Assembly: GCF_004010195.1 (NCBI RefSeq)
Contig: NC_057753.1
Span: 3,627,514-3,691,513, forward strand
Source of the DNA: Chiloscyllium plagiosum
Lineage: Eukaryota
Reading direction: 5' to 3'
Length of the DNA stretch: 64,000 bases
Shown: in pieces, positions 13,474 to 24,936 of the stretch
Numbering within the stretch: the first letter of the stretch is position 1
How the letters are laid out: every line of letters starts with the position of its first letter
The notes under the pieces: model-generated
Told to the model about the DNA's origin: nothing
The model's input: the letters and a program-made list of their open reading frames with translations, nothing else
Database searches by the model: none
Made by a program: the position numbers and the translations under genes

Positions 13474-13697
13474 CAAAAGCAAGGACTGCAGATGCTGGAA
13501 ACCAGAGACTAGATTAGAGTGATACTGGAAAAGCACAGCAGGTCAGGCATCATCCGAGGTTCAGGAAAATCGACGTTTCGGGCAAAAGCCCTTCATCAGC
13601 CCTTCCTGATGAAGGGCTTTTGCCCGTAACGTCAATTTTCCTGCTCCTCGGATGCTGCATGACCTGCTGTGCTTTTCCAGCATCACTCTAATCTAGA
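13474..13697. mobile_element. Palindromic Penelope-derived element with two head-to-head hammerhead-like motifs
   Basis: Inverted arms of ~90-100 bp around 13602; approximate TSD catat(g)gatta(c/t)aga at 13459-13473 and 13698-13711; absent from the paralogous site near 36215-36230. Confidence 0.8.
13571..13599 (-). ncRNA. Minimal type-I hammerhead ribozyme motif (Penelope type), putative
   Basis: Minus strand reads CUGAUGA-A-GGGC-UUUU-GCCC-GAAA-CG-UC: intact core, 4-bp stem II and palindromic ACGU in place of stem III. Confidence 0.6.
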
Positions 13698-14168
13698 CAT
13701 ATGATTATAGATGCATAGCACTAAACCCAAATCACGCTGTACTAAATTTAATTGTCGTGACATTGCAACAAAGAACCCTGAAAATAACCAAGTTGAGAAC
13801 ATCTTAAACCCGTCGTCCTGGACCAATATTTTACTGGATCTATATTGACTAGGAGTATGTTGCACCTTAATCATGAATCAACGCATAGAATAATGGGAGA
13901 ACCTGACTTTGCTTGCGTTGAAATATTCACTTATCCCATTAAAGTGTCAGGAAAACGCTATTGCGTTGGATATGACACCAATATCCAGGTAACAATGATT
14001 TTTAGAACGAAACACAATCTTGATCGTCGTGTAATCACTTAGCATGTGACTTCAGGTCAATTTTAGGCTTCGTGAAATGATTCCCAATTCTATTGAAAGG
14101 GCAGCCAAGCAGAAACTGTACGTAACGACTTATGGCTTTAAAGCCAATTATGGTAAAACGTAAATCTA

Positions 14169-14216
14169 ACTAATTAACTCCCTGGAGCCTGTATTGCATA
14201 TGCAACCATGTATAAA
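14169..14216 (+). promoter_or_regulatory. Putative core promoter of copy 2: homeodomain site TAATTAA (14171-77), O/E-like CTCCCTGGAG (14178-87), TATAAA (14211-16)
   Basis: 23-bp ACTAATTAACTCCCTGGAGCCTG identical in copy 3; TATA 57 bp upstream of the ATG. Confidence 0.55.
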
Positions 14217-14267
14217 TGTAGCCACGTTTCGATGTTTCATGGAAAATGCTGAGAACATCTGTCAGAA

Positions 14268-16808
14268 ATGCATGAAATACCAAGAGGTTTAGTTTTTGCC
14301 ATTTACTATCCAGTCCTTGCAGTTATTGGTCTTCCAGGTAAATGTTGTTAGTTTAAACTGCAGAGTTATTGTTTAGCTGCATCAGTTCTCCTGTTTTACC
14401 AGTAACACTTCACCACATCACGAATATTGTTTCTGCTATTCAATAGGATATAATGTTTGACTTTAACATTGTGATGTGTGCCGTGGAAGGTGCATACTCT
14501 TTGGATGACATTTCTATCACCTTAAAGGCAATAATAGTAGAAATGACTTACGATGGCAATCCAGTTCAATTATAGTATTGGTAACAATATATTAGTTAAA
14601 TTACCGAGCAATTAATATCTTGCAAAGTGGATACATTGCAGCTTTGATACTTTTTCAGCTGACTTTTCATGTGATCATTGCAATTTCGTTTCTTTTCCAC
14701 CATCGTTCAAACGTACATATTGATTTGTTATGCAATTTTCTTGGAAAGTAAGGGGCAATACGTATTGATTTATCATTGCTTGAGTGGCTTGAACTGTTGA
14801 ATAATTTTTATCCACATTTAATGACTGATTTTATTTGATAGGGAACAATTTCTTTTCGAAATGTTCAAAGATGTGTAACAATATTCTATTTGCCTTTTAA
14901 GCGAAGATTGGAATTTGCCACTGATGCACAGAGCACAGTTGTTTTTCTTTCATTCACTGGTGCTCGCATTCTCCTGGTGGCTGTTCTTGATGGCTCTGAT
15001 ATGATGATTGCCGATGTGGAATTTCCACCAAACTCCCAGATATTGCAATGTCTTAGACTGTTCCTAGTTTTGTTGTTCTCCCAATATTGAATGAATCTCT
15101 AGACTTTTAGCATCAGTTGTATTGCAATTACAAGGTTTAATTTTGTCAATGCAAATGAGAAAGGAGACGTTATTTATTTGATGGTGAAATGAAACACTGA
15201 TGAAATGGTACACTTTAGGTTGGTCTTTCGCTGAACAAATTCTCATCACCAGACAGTTCCAATTGTTTATATCAACAACAGAAATGACACGTGACTCTCA
15301 CATGAACAGTTTTATTATTGAACCAATCCCAGAATGAAGTTGGTGAGTTGCATATTGCAAGTTTGTTTCCAATGTAATATTCAAACGTTCAATGCATGCT
15401 TTTCCAACAGTGGAAACCATAACATGAACTCATCGAAACAGCCACGTTTGATCCAAAATTAGACATAATCCATGTTTTTCGTGGTTGTCAAATTATTGTT
15501 GGTGTTTTGCAGACGACCTCCTTCAACATATCCTATGTTTCATTGTTGGTATGATTTTGATTTACTGCAGTATTTATATGCTTGTGATATATTACATTTA
15601 TTTTTAAAGTTTATTCTTGGTCTGAGATTTTTGCCAACTAAATATAGTGATGAATTGTTGCTGGGTGAATTGTTGCTGTCCACGAAGATTTCTAAATACT
15701 TTTCCTTGTAGCATCATGAATTTGTTTTAGAGTTCATCTACGCTTCAATGTTTAATTTAAAAGTCAATTGTTCATCACGTAAGGAATGATGTCCCAATGA
15801 TGGTTCCCTTCTCAAATCTTGCATCTTCTCAAAAAATCCTGTAAAATTACAAACTTGATTGTGGTCCGAGCCACAAACACTCTGATTGCAAATCACGCTC
15901 TATTTTTCTTACAGCTAATGTAGCAGTGATTACAATCCTGTCTCGAAGAAACTGTGGTCTCTCAAGATGCATTGCTTACTACCTGGTGTCAATTGCAGTG
16001 ACAGATCTCCTCGTCATGGTCACAGCTGTGATTTTAAATCGGATTGCTGGCATTTATTTCCCATCCAGTTTCCTTTCGATCACACCAGTATGCAGTTTCC
16101 GTGCTGCATTAAATATGGCAGTCATTGACAACTCTGCCTGGTTAACAGTCGCTTTTACCTTTGATCGATTTGTGGCTATATCTTGCCAGAACCTGAAAGT
16201 AAAATATTGCACCAAGAAGGTGGCAGCATGGGTGATAGGAGTAGTGTCTACTCTTTGCTGCATGAAAAACATTTTCATATATTTTGAATTTGAACCTAAG
16301 TATGTAAGTAACGATGTACCCTGGCTGTGTAACATAAAGGATATATGTTATACATCACCTGCTTGGGCTGCATATGACTGGATCCGTACTATTCTAAATC
16401 CTAATTTTACTATTGAACGCGCTGACTGTGAGACGCATTGTCTTGGCCAATAGAGCCCGTAGGAGACTCCAGCTTCAGAAAAATGGAGAGACTGAATGTG
16501 ACCCAGAGATGGAGAAGCGGAGAAAGTCCATTATTTTACTCTTTGCCATCTCGGGCAGTTTCATTCTCTTGTATGTGTTATTTTTCATTAATATTCTCTA
16601 TGTTCGAATTGCAAATATTACTTATTCCTCAGGATCCACTTTGCGTAGTTCCACATTTTATTTGGAGCAAAGTGGATATATGCTTCAGTTATTAAGTTCC
16701 TGCATCAATCCATTTATATATGCTGTGACGCAGAGCAAAATTAGAGATGAATTAAAGAATGGAGTGAGATTTTCATTAAACCTATTCATTAAATTACTTA
16801 AATATTGA
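14268..16808 (+). pseudogene. GPR139-like: GPR139-like GPCR copy 2, probable pseudogene: exon 1 14268-14337, intron 14338-15914, exon 2 15915-16808 with frameshift at ~16400
   Basis: Exon 1 MHEIPRGLVFAIYYPVLAVIGLP-G|gtaaat; acceptor ttttcttacag|CT; relative to copy 3, 17 nt (CGTGTCTACCTTTCATT) are missing in TM5, giving a premature stop at 16451-16453; the remaining C-terminal half is intact in the other frame. Confidence 0.85.
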
Positions 16809-17389
16809 TAAGTGGATAGTAAAAAATAATTTGTATACTATAGGGCAGCGCATCTTTCTTTTGACATTTAGCTTCACAGAAGGGCCTTTTCAGACATTGT
16901 CTCAGTGGGTCAATTTAGAAACGCACGAGGAATGTTGTAAGAGTATAAAAGCCAATTTGTTTGCAGTTAATTTCCAATTTCCCTGCTTATTCAGGATTTT
17001 TCCAGAACGCTGATGATAAGAGTTGAATTCACTATGTAAGTCAGTCAAGAATGATTGCTGTCAATTATTATTGTGCATTTTTTCCTATCAGGTGGGTATT
17101 GGGAATGGGTGCAACCATTTTTTTCATTCCTAATGCCTGTCTCCAATCAGAAACATAGCTTTAATTCTGTCCATCTGTCCGATACCTTTGCCCAGAACTG
17201 CATAAGTCTTTGTAGCTATGTCAAATAGACACAGACCTCCGGAGCAGCAGCTGCAGCTGCCGTCAGGCTGATGAGTCAAGAGTCCTGTCATCATTCTGAC
17301 ACTGGGTTTCACTCGATATCCTTTTGCATTTCAAATAATAGTCACACTCGTGATTCACTGCCCTTGTCAGCTGCTCAAATATGACTAAA

Positions 17390-18530
17390 ACAGAAACGTA
17401 GACAATAGAGCAGGAGTTGATTATTATTCCCAACGAGCCTTTCATTTTGTAAGAATCCTTACAGCGTGTAAGCTTACCATTTGGTACATCGAGTCCACAC
17501 CTATCTTTTGAAGAGCATCCCACACCAACCCCTGGCCATCCCCGTGGCCAAGCCTCCTAACCAACATGTCTTTGGAAACTATATGCAACTTAGAATGGCC
17601 AACCCCTCAAACATCCTTACACTACAGGAATAAGCCGGAGCACCAGTGGGAAGCCCACGTAAACAATGGGAGAATTTGTGAGCTCCATACAGATAGTCAC
17701 CTGAGGGTGGAATCCAACTCATGCCCCTGGTGCTGTGAGTCAGCAGTTTTAGCCACTAATCCACCGTGATTATGGCTGCCAATCTAACTCAATCGTCTCT
17801 TCCCCCTTTCAACACATACCCTTTGATCCGTTCGGACCTAACAATTATTTCTGACTCCTTCTTCAAAACGTTCCCCATTTTGATGTTAACCGATTTCAGT
17901 GGCAAAGAATTGTACACGGTCACCGCTCTCTCTGAGTGACAAAGTTTCTCCGCATCTCAGTCCTAACTGGCCTACTTTGGTTATCCTTCTTTCCTTGGTC
18001 ATTTGGAGCATCCTTTGGGAATGTACCCCTATCTCGTCGAAAGGACAAAGTGAGGACTGCAGATGCTGGATGTCAGAGGAGACAGTGTGGTGCTGAAAAT
18101 GCACAGCCGGTCAGGCAGTATCTGAGGAGCAGAATCGACGTTTCGGCATAAGCCTTTCATCAGGAATGAGGCCTCCTGCTCCTCGGGTGCTGCCTGCGTA
18201 TCTTTGCTATTCCATCACTATATTTTCGATCCTATCTAGTCGTGCGAGAGTTTCATTGGTTTCTTTGAGATAGCACACCGTCCTCCAATTCTTTTAAAAG
18301 CTGGACACAAAACTCTTAACACATCCAATCTCTATTCATGCGTCCGTTCTCCAGTGATAGAAATTGTTGGACCCGCAATTTAGCCAGAACACCCTTCCTC
18401 AGATAAGGAAATAAAAACTGGATCAGCGCTACTGCAGCAAGGCATCGCATTCCTGATGTCAAGTCCTCTCACTATGAATGCTAACCTTACCATTTTTCTT
18501 GTTTGCACTTGCATGCTTGCTTTCAGTGAC
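17390..18530 (-). mobile_element. Degraded CR1 3' end, interrupted by a V-SINE (~17450-17768, minus) and a Penelope palindrome (~18046-18230); paralog of 31090-32040
   Basis: 3' UTR acagaaacgtagacaatagagcaggag, ccatttggagcatcctttgg, cacccttcctcagataagga (W.P.L.K region); colinear with the inverted arm. Confidence 0.7.
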
Positions 18531-19321
18531 TAAACAAAAATACCTCTTCTCCAGAAAGAAGTCCAAATGAAGAACAGCGAGAATCAGCCAACTAAATTAT
18601 TTAATTGGGCTACTTTATTTACTTCACTCATCTGACTTTAAATCTGCAAACTGAATGTCGTTTCCAGTTTGAATCAAATTTCCAAAACTAGTCTATCAGT
18701 AATTCGCTCGCCGTTGGTTACGCTTTGCTGAGATTTCACTACGCTGAGGTTGACAATGATGCATTTGTCCAAAATGACTCTCTCACTCCGCCTAAATGCT
18801 CTTGCAAGTTTCGTGAGTGGAATATAATCCACCTGCGTATTCCTAGGCCTGTCGTCAATGTGTTGAGAGGTTTGGTCTGCGATGGAGGATGTTGCATTCC
18901 ACAAACAAGCAGCATGCCACTGTTTGACGCTGCAGTCATCGATTTCTATCTGCAGTGGTGGATTACTGCACGTGGAACAAAATGCTGCTTGTCCCTATCT
19001 CATTCAGTTGGAATCAAAGAAGGAAATATCATTGAAGTGTTTGTTTGACTTCAATCTCTTCATAAATTCGTAGTGGGTTAAATGTCGATGCATGTTGTGT
19101 GTAACCCTTTGATTGTTGCATTGGAAATATTCAGGCAATAAATATGCCTGTTTGTGTCTCACGGGATAAGAATCAAGCTGGGAATGAGAGAAATCTTCTT
19201 GCAGCCAGAAGTCCCATTTGACTATATAGGAATCTGTCACTGTTAACTCTGATAGGGAAAGAGGAGGGATTTCGACCCTGGAGCTCCAGATAAAAACCCT
19301 TTTCAGTGTACAGTCGTTGGT

Positions 19322-19631
19322 GGGCGGCACGGTGGCACAGTGGTTAGCACTGTGGCCTCACAGCGCCAGAGACCCGGGTTCAATTCCAGTCTCAGGCGAC
19401 TCTCTGTGTGGAGTTTGCACATTCTCCCCGTGTCTGCGTGGGTTTGCTCCGGTTTCCTCCCACAATCCAAAAATGTGCATGTTAGCTGAATTGGCCATGC
19501 TAAATTGCCCGTAGTGTTAGGTGAAGGGGTAAATTTAGGAGTATGGGTCTGGGTGGCATATGCTTCGGCGGGTCGGTGTGGAATTGTTGGACCGAAGGGC
19601 CTGTTTCCACACTGTAAGTAATCTAATCTAA
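19322..19631 (+). mobile_element. HE1/V-SINE, near full length, young
   Basis: gggcggcacggtggcacagtggttagcac (A box) ... gggttcaattcc (B box), V-domain, (taatc)n tail. Confidence 0.92.
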
Positions 19632-20225
19632 ATCAGCTGGTCAATTACGCCTCAAAGACAGGGGAAAAGTAACCTGCATGATCCCTAAGGCAGCGTGTCA
19701 GCGAATTACTGCTTGTTTCTGGTGTTTGGATTGGTATCTGTCCTCGTTGAGTTTTAATCATCTAAGGTGAAGGCATTAATGTCGAAAACATTTGTACAGC
19801 CTGATCCCTTGTCACTGGTTGCCCATCCAGCTATCCACTTCGAGTCTTTCTGTTTGCTCTCAAAATCTGAATGTTCCGAAGCCTGGATGAGGTTTGGATT
19901 TCTCATAATCAGGAGCGAGAATACTTTCAATATCTCAGATCAGCTAATGTCACTGAGAACATCAGACTTAATTATTCAGCGTCCTAAAGAAACGATGTGT
20001 ACCTTAACTGTTTGGTGACGTCAGGGCTGTTGTCTGATTCTCGTTCCAAGACTGTTTTGAAAAGATCAAAAAAACAGGAGATTGGCATTCTTAATTTCTT
20101 CATTTTCGACTTCCCACCCTGATAACTGACGATATTTCCCAAAATCTGGCTGCAATTCTTCACTTTGCATCATATCCGAGCAAGGGGCTTTTGGAGAGAA
20201 CCGGGAAGCTGGGGTTGTTATCTGG

Positions 20226-20440
20226 GAGAAAGTGAGGACGGCAGGCGCTGGAGATCAGTGTCAAAAAGTGTGCTGCTGGAAAGGCACAGCCGGTCAGGCA
20301 AGATCCGAGAAACGGGGACAGCCGACATTTCGAGCATAAGCTCTGCCTGATGACAAACCTGTGTTTCAAAAGTCGACTCTCCTGAACTTCGAATGCTGCC
20401 TAACTGGTTGCACTTTTCTAGCACCACCTTTTGACTGGAA
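20226..20440. mobile_element. Degraded palindromic Penelope-derived element
   Basis: gagaaagtgaggacggcaggcgctggagatcag...ctgatga...gctgcctaactggttgcacttttctagcaccaccttttgac; inverted arms. Confidence 0.65.
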
Positions 20441-20859
20441 TTGTTAACTTGAAAGCAAAAAAAAAACAAAGTTTAACAGACATTAATGAAGTTGTTTACA
20501 ATGATTTAAGACGTGGGGAGGTAAATAGGCAGAGAGAAATTTATTCTGCTGACAAAGATCAGGAATCAAAAGACTGGCAATGAATAAAGAGAGTTTAATA
20601 TCTATCTGTATATATGTGTTTACGATCATTGTGTCATCTGATACAAATAACGTTACACTGGATAAAATGGACTAGAGTGAATAAAACTTTATGATAAGAC
20701 TTAAAAATCTTCAAGTCCCAACATGTCTCATTCCTCATTCCTTCTATAAAACAAATTATTGCAGAGGTATTGGAACCATCGGATGTAGCAGAGTCAATAG
20801 AAGTGTACATGAGAATGGTTCTGAATGTTAAAACAAAAACAAGGTAATTGGAAAGGACA

Positions 20860-21590
20860 GAGAACAGTAAGTCAGAGAACAAAGTAACTCTGAAGAATTA
20901 AACTGCATTTATTTTAATTCGGCGGTTTTATTTGTAAGGTTGATGAACTCGGGGCTTGTTTGGGAACGTGGCACTGGGACGTCATAGGTATTACAGAAAT
21001 TTGGCTGTGAAAGAGCAAGACTGGCAGCACAGTGTTCTGAATTCACATGTTACAAGAAGGATGAAAGAGACAAAAGAAAAGGGGAGTGGCGTTTTGGATT
21101 AAGGAAATCAATACAGTTGCGACTAAAAGAAAGGTATTTTACATAATTGTGCCATGCAAATATATGGGGTTGAAATCAGAAATATGACAGAAATGAACAC
21201 CTTGTTAGGATAGTATTATAGCGCCCGCCTCCACCTCACTTATAATCCCAAGCCCCCCAACACAGTCAGAAGGAATTCCAGAAACAAATATGCAGAGAGA
21301 TTTCCAATATGTGTAAGAATAACTAGGTTGCAATAGTGGGAGACGTTAATATTCAAAATATTGGCTGCGAGTACCATAATATTAAAGGTTTTGATGGTGA
21401 AGAATTCGTTAATGTTTTCCAAAAAAAATTCTTTACCATATGCAAATATTCTGACGGAGAAGGTGAAAAGCTTGATCGTCTCTTGGGTAATATGGAGATC
21501 AAGTGACTGAAGTGATAATGATGATCACCTTCAGACAAGTGAAGATAATAATTCTATTAGTTTTAAAATTGTTATGAAATAAATAAGCCT
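20860..21590 (+). mobile_element. Degraded CR1 endonuclease fragment
   Basis: Decayed W...WDVIGITE.WL, G.GVA, LG.YYR, VGD.N..NI.C motifs. Confidence 0.7.
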
Positions 21591-21599
21591 TTATGAATA

Positions 21600-24500
21600 G
21601 TAACATCATGCCTTTATCCAGCTACCAAAATTACTTCGTTTGATCCTTTCAAACTCAATGTGAATTTGACCAGGTTCCTCGTTAGATTCTTGATACGTTG
21701 TCTCGAATCTCCTGGCACAGGAGCACATGGACTTGAGATGATCGCTTCACCTTCTCATACGCTATAGATTCCTCCTCTGATCGTGATGCCAATACCTCAC
21801 GAGTTGTGATTAAGAGTTTTGTTTGCATCAACAAAACCTTCATCGCCACTGGTCACTGCATTTTTTTCGTCAACTTTTCAAATGAGTTGAAAAAGGTATC
21901 CACGTCCTTTTCATCAAAATTAGTCAATGTTTGAATATAATTAAAACAAATTCTCACCACTGCATTGGCTATCACAGGTTAGCGCCTCTTCACTGTCTGC
22001 TGCACTAGGCTTACTTTCAGCCTTCATCAACATCCTTTTAAGCTGACTTTCCTGTCTCAGTGCCAATTTCAGAAGTTCAAACTCTATCTCTTTCTTCCTG
22101 TCGTCTCTTTCCTATTCTTATTCTTCTCGCTTTCGTTCTTTTTGTCTGCTAAAGCGATTCGTTATTTTCTTCTCCTTCCTGTGTTCCAGTCTTTCTGTCC
22201 TTTTCCTTTTGTTCAGCTGAAAACCTTCTTCGCATTTCTATATCTTCGAACATGGCACTTCTCTCCCTTTCTTTATCTTCTAACTCCTGCTGCCTCACTT
22301 GAAATTTAAAACTTTCCATCTCCACTGTGGTTGGTTATTTATCCGATTGACCCAAGCACTTAACCGATGCCATTACATTTCACCTTTCATTCTGTCCCTG
22401 GTTAAATCCAATTCTAACCTTTTTCCTCATCCTGCGTCGTTCTAAACTGCCTTAGCAAATTTGGGAAGCAGCTTCAAACGCCAGAACATCTTGAGCAATG
22501 TTCAGAGCCCTTTCCAAAGCTCTAACTATCTTTCAAGCACATTTAAACGTTGGGCTATTTCGGTAATAACCACAAAGATTTCCCGTGACATCGGCAATTC
22601 CAGTTCCAGCCTGAATGCGAATTCCAGTAGTTTTGTATTGTTCACCTTTTGTAAAACCCCCAAAGTCACTTCTTCCATCCCAGAAACCTCGCAATGACTG
22701 ACAAAGTCATTGCTATCACAGTCATATATAAACGAAATAAAATCAACACCAAGAGCAAAAGACACTAACACTGCCTTCCAGTCCAGAAACCCTAATACCA
22801 AATCAGAAAAGTAGAACAAGTCCAGACTGAGGCCCCAGTCTGTTTTGGACAAGCCAGAACCCCCTCAATACAGCTAAAGAAGGCATCTCACACCCTACAT
22901 TTTCTATTTGTTTTTGGTAGGTGTATGGTGGGTATTGAAGGAGTGATGCAGCTGCTCAAAAGCCCTCAAATTTAAACAAAAAAGAGTACCCAATTAAACG
23001 CAAACGAAAGAGAACAGAATAGAGAATAACTTAATCTAATCGGAAAAAAAATTGAAGCTATTCCAAATTCCTGCAACAGACCCCATAAACACACCCTTGA
23101 CAAATATGTAAAATCAGACACACGTCCTTCGAGGACAATAGACAATAGACAATAGGTGCAGGAGTAGGCCATTCAGCCCTTCGAGCCTGCACCGCCATTC
23201 AATATAATCATGGCTGATCATTCCTAATTAGTATCCTGTTCCTGCCTTATCTCCATAACCCTTGATTCCACTATCTTTGAGAGCTCTATCCAACTCTTTC
23301 TTAAATGAATCCAGGGAGTCGGCCTCCACTGCCCTCTGGGGCAGAGCATTCCACACAACCACCACACTTTGCATGAAGAAGTTTCTCCTGAGCTCTGTCC
23401 CAAATGGTCTACCCCGTATTTTTAAGCTGTGTCCTCTGGTTCGGCACTCATCCATTAGTGGAAATATGTTTCCTATTGCCAGAGTGTCCAATCCTTTCAT
23501 AATCTTATACGTCTCAATCAGATCCCCTCTCAGTCTTCGAAACTCAAGGGTATACAAGCCCAGTCGCTTCAGTCTTTCAGTGTAAGGTAATCCTGCCATT
23601 CCAGGAATTGACCTCGTGAATCTACGCTGCATTCCCTCAATAGCCAGAATGTCTTTTCTCAAATTTGGAGACCAGAACTGCACACAGTACTCCAGGTGTG
23701 GTCTCACCAGGGCCCTGTACAGCTGCAGAAGCACCTCTTTGCTTCTATACTCAATTCCTCTTGTTATGGAGGCCAGCATGCTATTAGCCTTCTTCACTAC
23801 CTGCTGTACCTGCATGCTTGCCTTCATTGACTGGTGTACAAGAACACGCAGATCTATCTGTACTGCCCCTTTACATAAATTGATTCCATTGAGGTAGTAG
23901 TCTGCCTTCCTGTTCTTGCCACCAAAGTGGATAACCATACATTTATCCACATTAAACTGCATCTGCCATGCATCTGCCCACTCACTTAATTTGTTCAGGT
24001 CAACCTGTAATCTCCTAACATCCTCATCACATTTCGCCCTGCCACCCAGCTTTGTATCATCAGCAAATTTGCTAATGTTATTGCTGATACCATCTTCTAT
24101 ATCATTAACATATATTGTATAAAGCTGCGGTCCCAGCACGGATCCCTGTGGTACCCCACTGGTCACTGCCTGCCATTCCAAAATGGAGCCGTTTATCACT
24201 ACCCTTTGTTTCCTATTAGCCAACCAATTGTCAATCCAATCTAGTACTTTGCCCCCAATACCGTGCGCCCTAACTTTACTCACTAACCTCCTGTGTGGGA
24301 CTTTATCAAAAGCTTTCTGAAAGTCCAGGTACACTACATCTACTGGATCTCCCTCGTCCAACTTCAGAGTTACATCTTCAAAAAATTCACGAAGATTAGT
24401 CAAGCATGATTTCCCCTTCATAAATCCATGCTGACTCTGTCCTATCCTGTTACTACTATCCAGATGTGCAGTAATTTCATCCTTTATAATAGACTCCAGC

Positions 24501-24936
24501 ATCTTTCCCACCACTGAGGTCAGACTAACTGGTCTATAATTACCTGCTTTCTCTCGCTCACCTTTCTTAAAAAGTGGTATAACATTAGCCACCCTCCAAT
24601 CCTCAGGAACCGACCCCGAATCTATTGAACTCTGAGTGAACGATGACAGGGAGAACTCGAATGGGATCACCTTCCACTGTAGCTATTTCTTTGGAATTCC
24701 CAGTTGAAACTGACCAACAGCTCTCAATGGCCAGAGAGTTAATGCTAATGCTGATCACAGAAAAGCTGTGCTGGGCGAACTGGCCACTTCTCTTTCATCG
24801 TACATGTGCATTTATTTAACTTAACATTTTCCACAAGTAGATAAACCAAGGCATCTCGGAACCCACGACTTTATGAACCCTCTTTAAAATATTATCAAGG
24901 ACAACGTAACCTTTTTGCAGGATCAGCACTGCCACA
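21600..24936 (-). mobile_element. Truncated Gypsy (Gmr1-like) LTR element: 5' LTR 24936-22841 (split by a CR1 insertion), degenerate tRNA-Pro PBS ~22821-22840, decayed gag 22800-21600
   Basis: LTR termini TG...CA resembling the LTR at 44450-45076; PBS-like actggggcctcagtctgga; gag remnants FDEKDVDTFFNSFEK...P...LLMQTKL and RQR..NL...PGQ..IEFERIK. Confidence 0.7.
23134..24634 (-). mobile_element. Young 5'-truncated CR1 LINE with uninterrupted RT and C-terminal ORF (23228-24670 track ORF) and (tgtctat)n tail
   Basis: About 470 stop-free codons: [71 protein letters not shown]; tail gacaata x3 at 23134-23155. Confidence 0.95.

Noticed and set aside
15926..16808. Two separate genes (175 aa and 131 aa ORFs) or a hidden micro-intron
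   Set aside because: They are halves of one exon split by a 17-bp deletion; sequence is missing and no GT-AG intron restores TM5
19322..19395. tRNA gene
   Set aside because: tRNA-derived head of an HE1/V-SINE continuing into the V-domain and LINE-derived tail; the same applies to the other copies
23262..24122. Plus-strand ORFs of 68-107 aa
   Set aside because: Antisense shadows of the CR1 RT frame
23228..24670. Domesticated reverse transcriptase gene
   Set aside because: 5'-truncated with no endonuclease, the start codon comes from flanking LTR sequence, and it retains the LINE 3' UTR and tail; best explained as a young insertion
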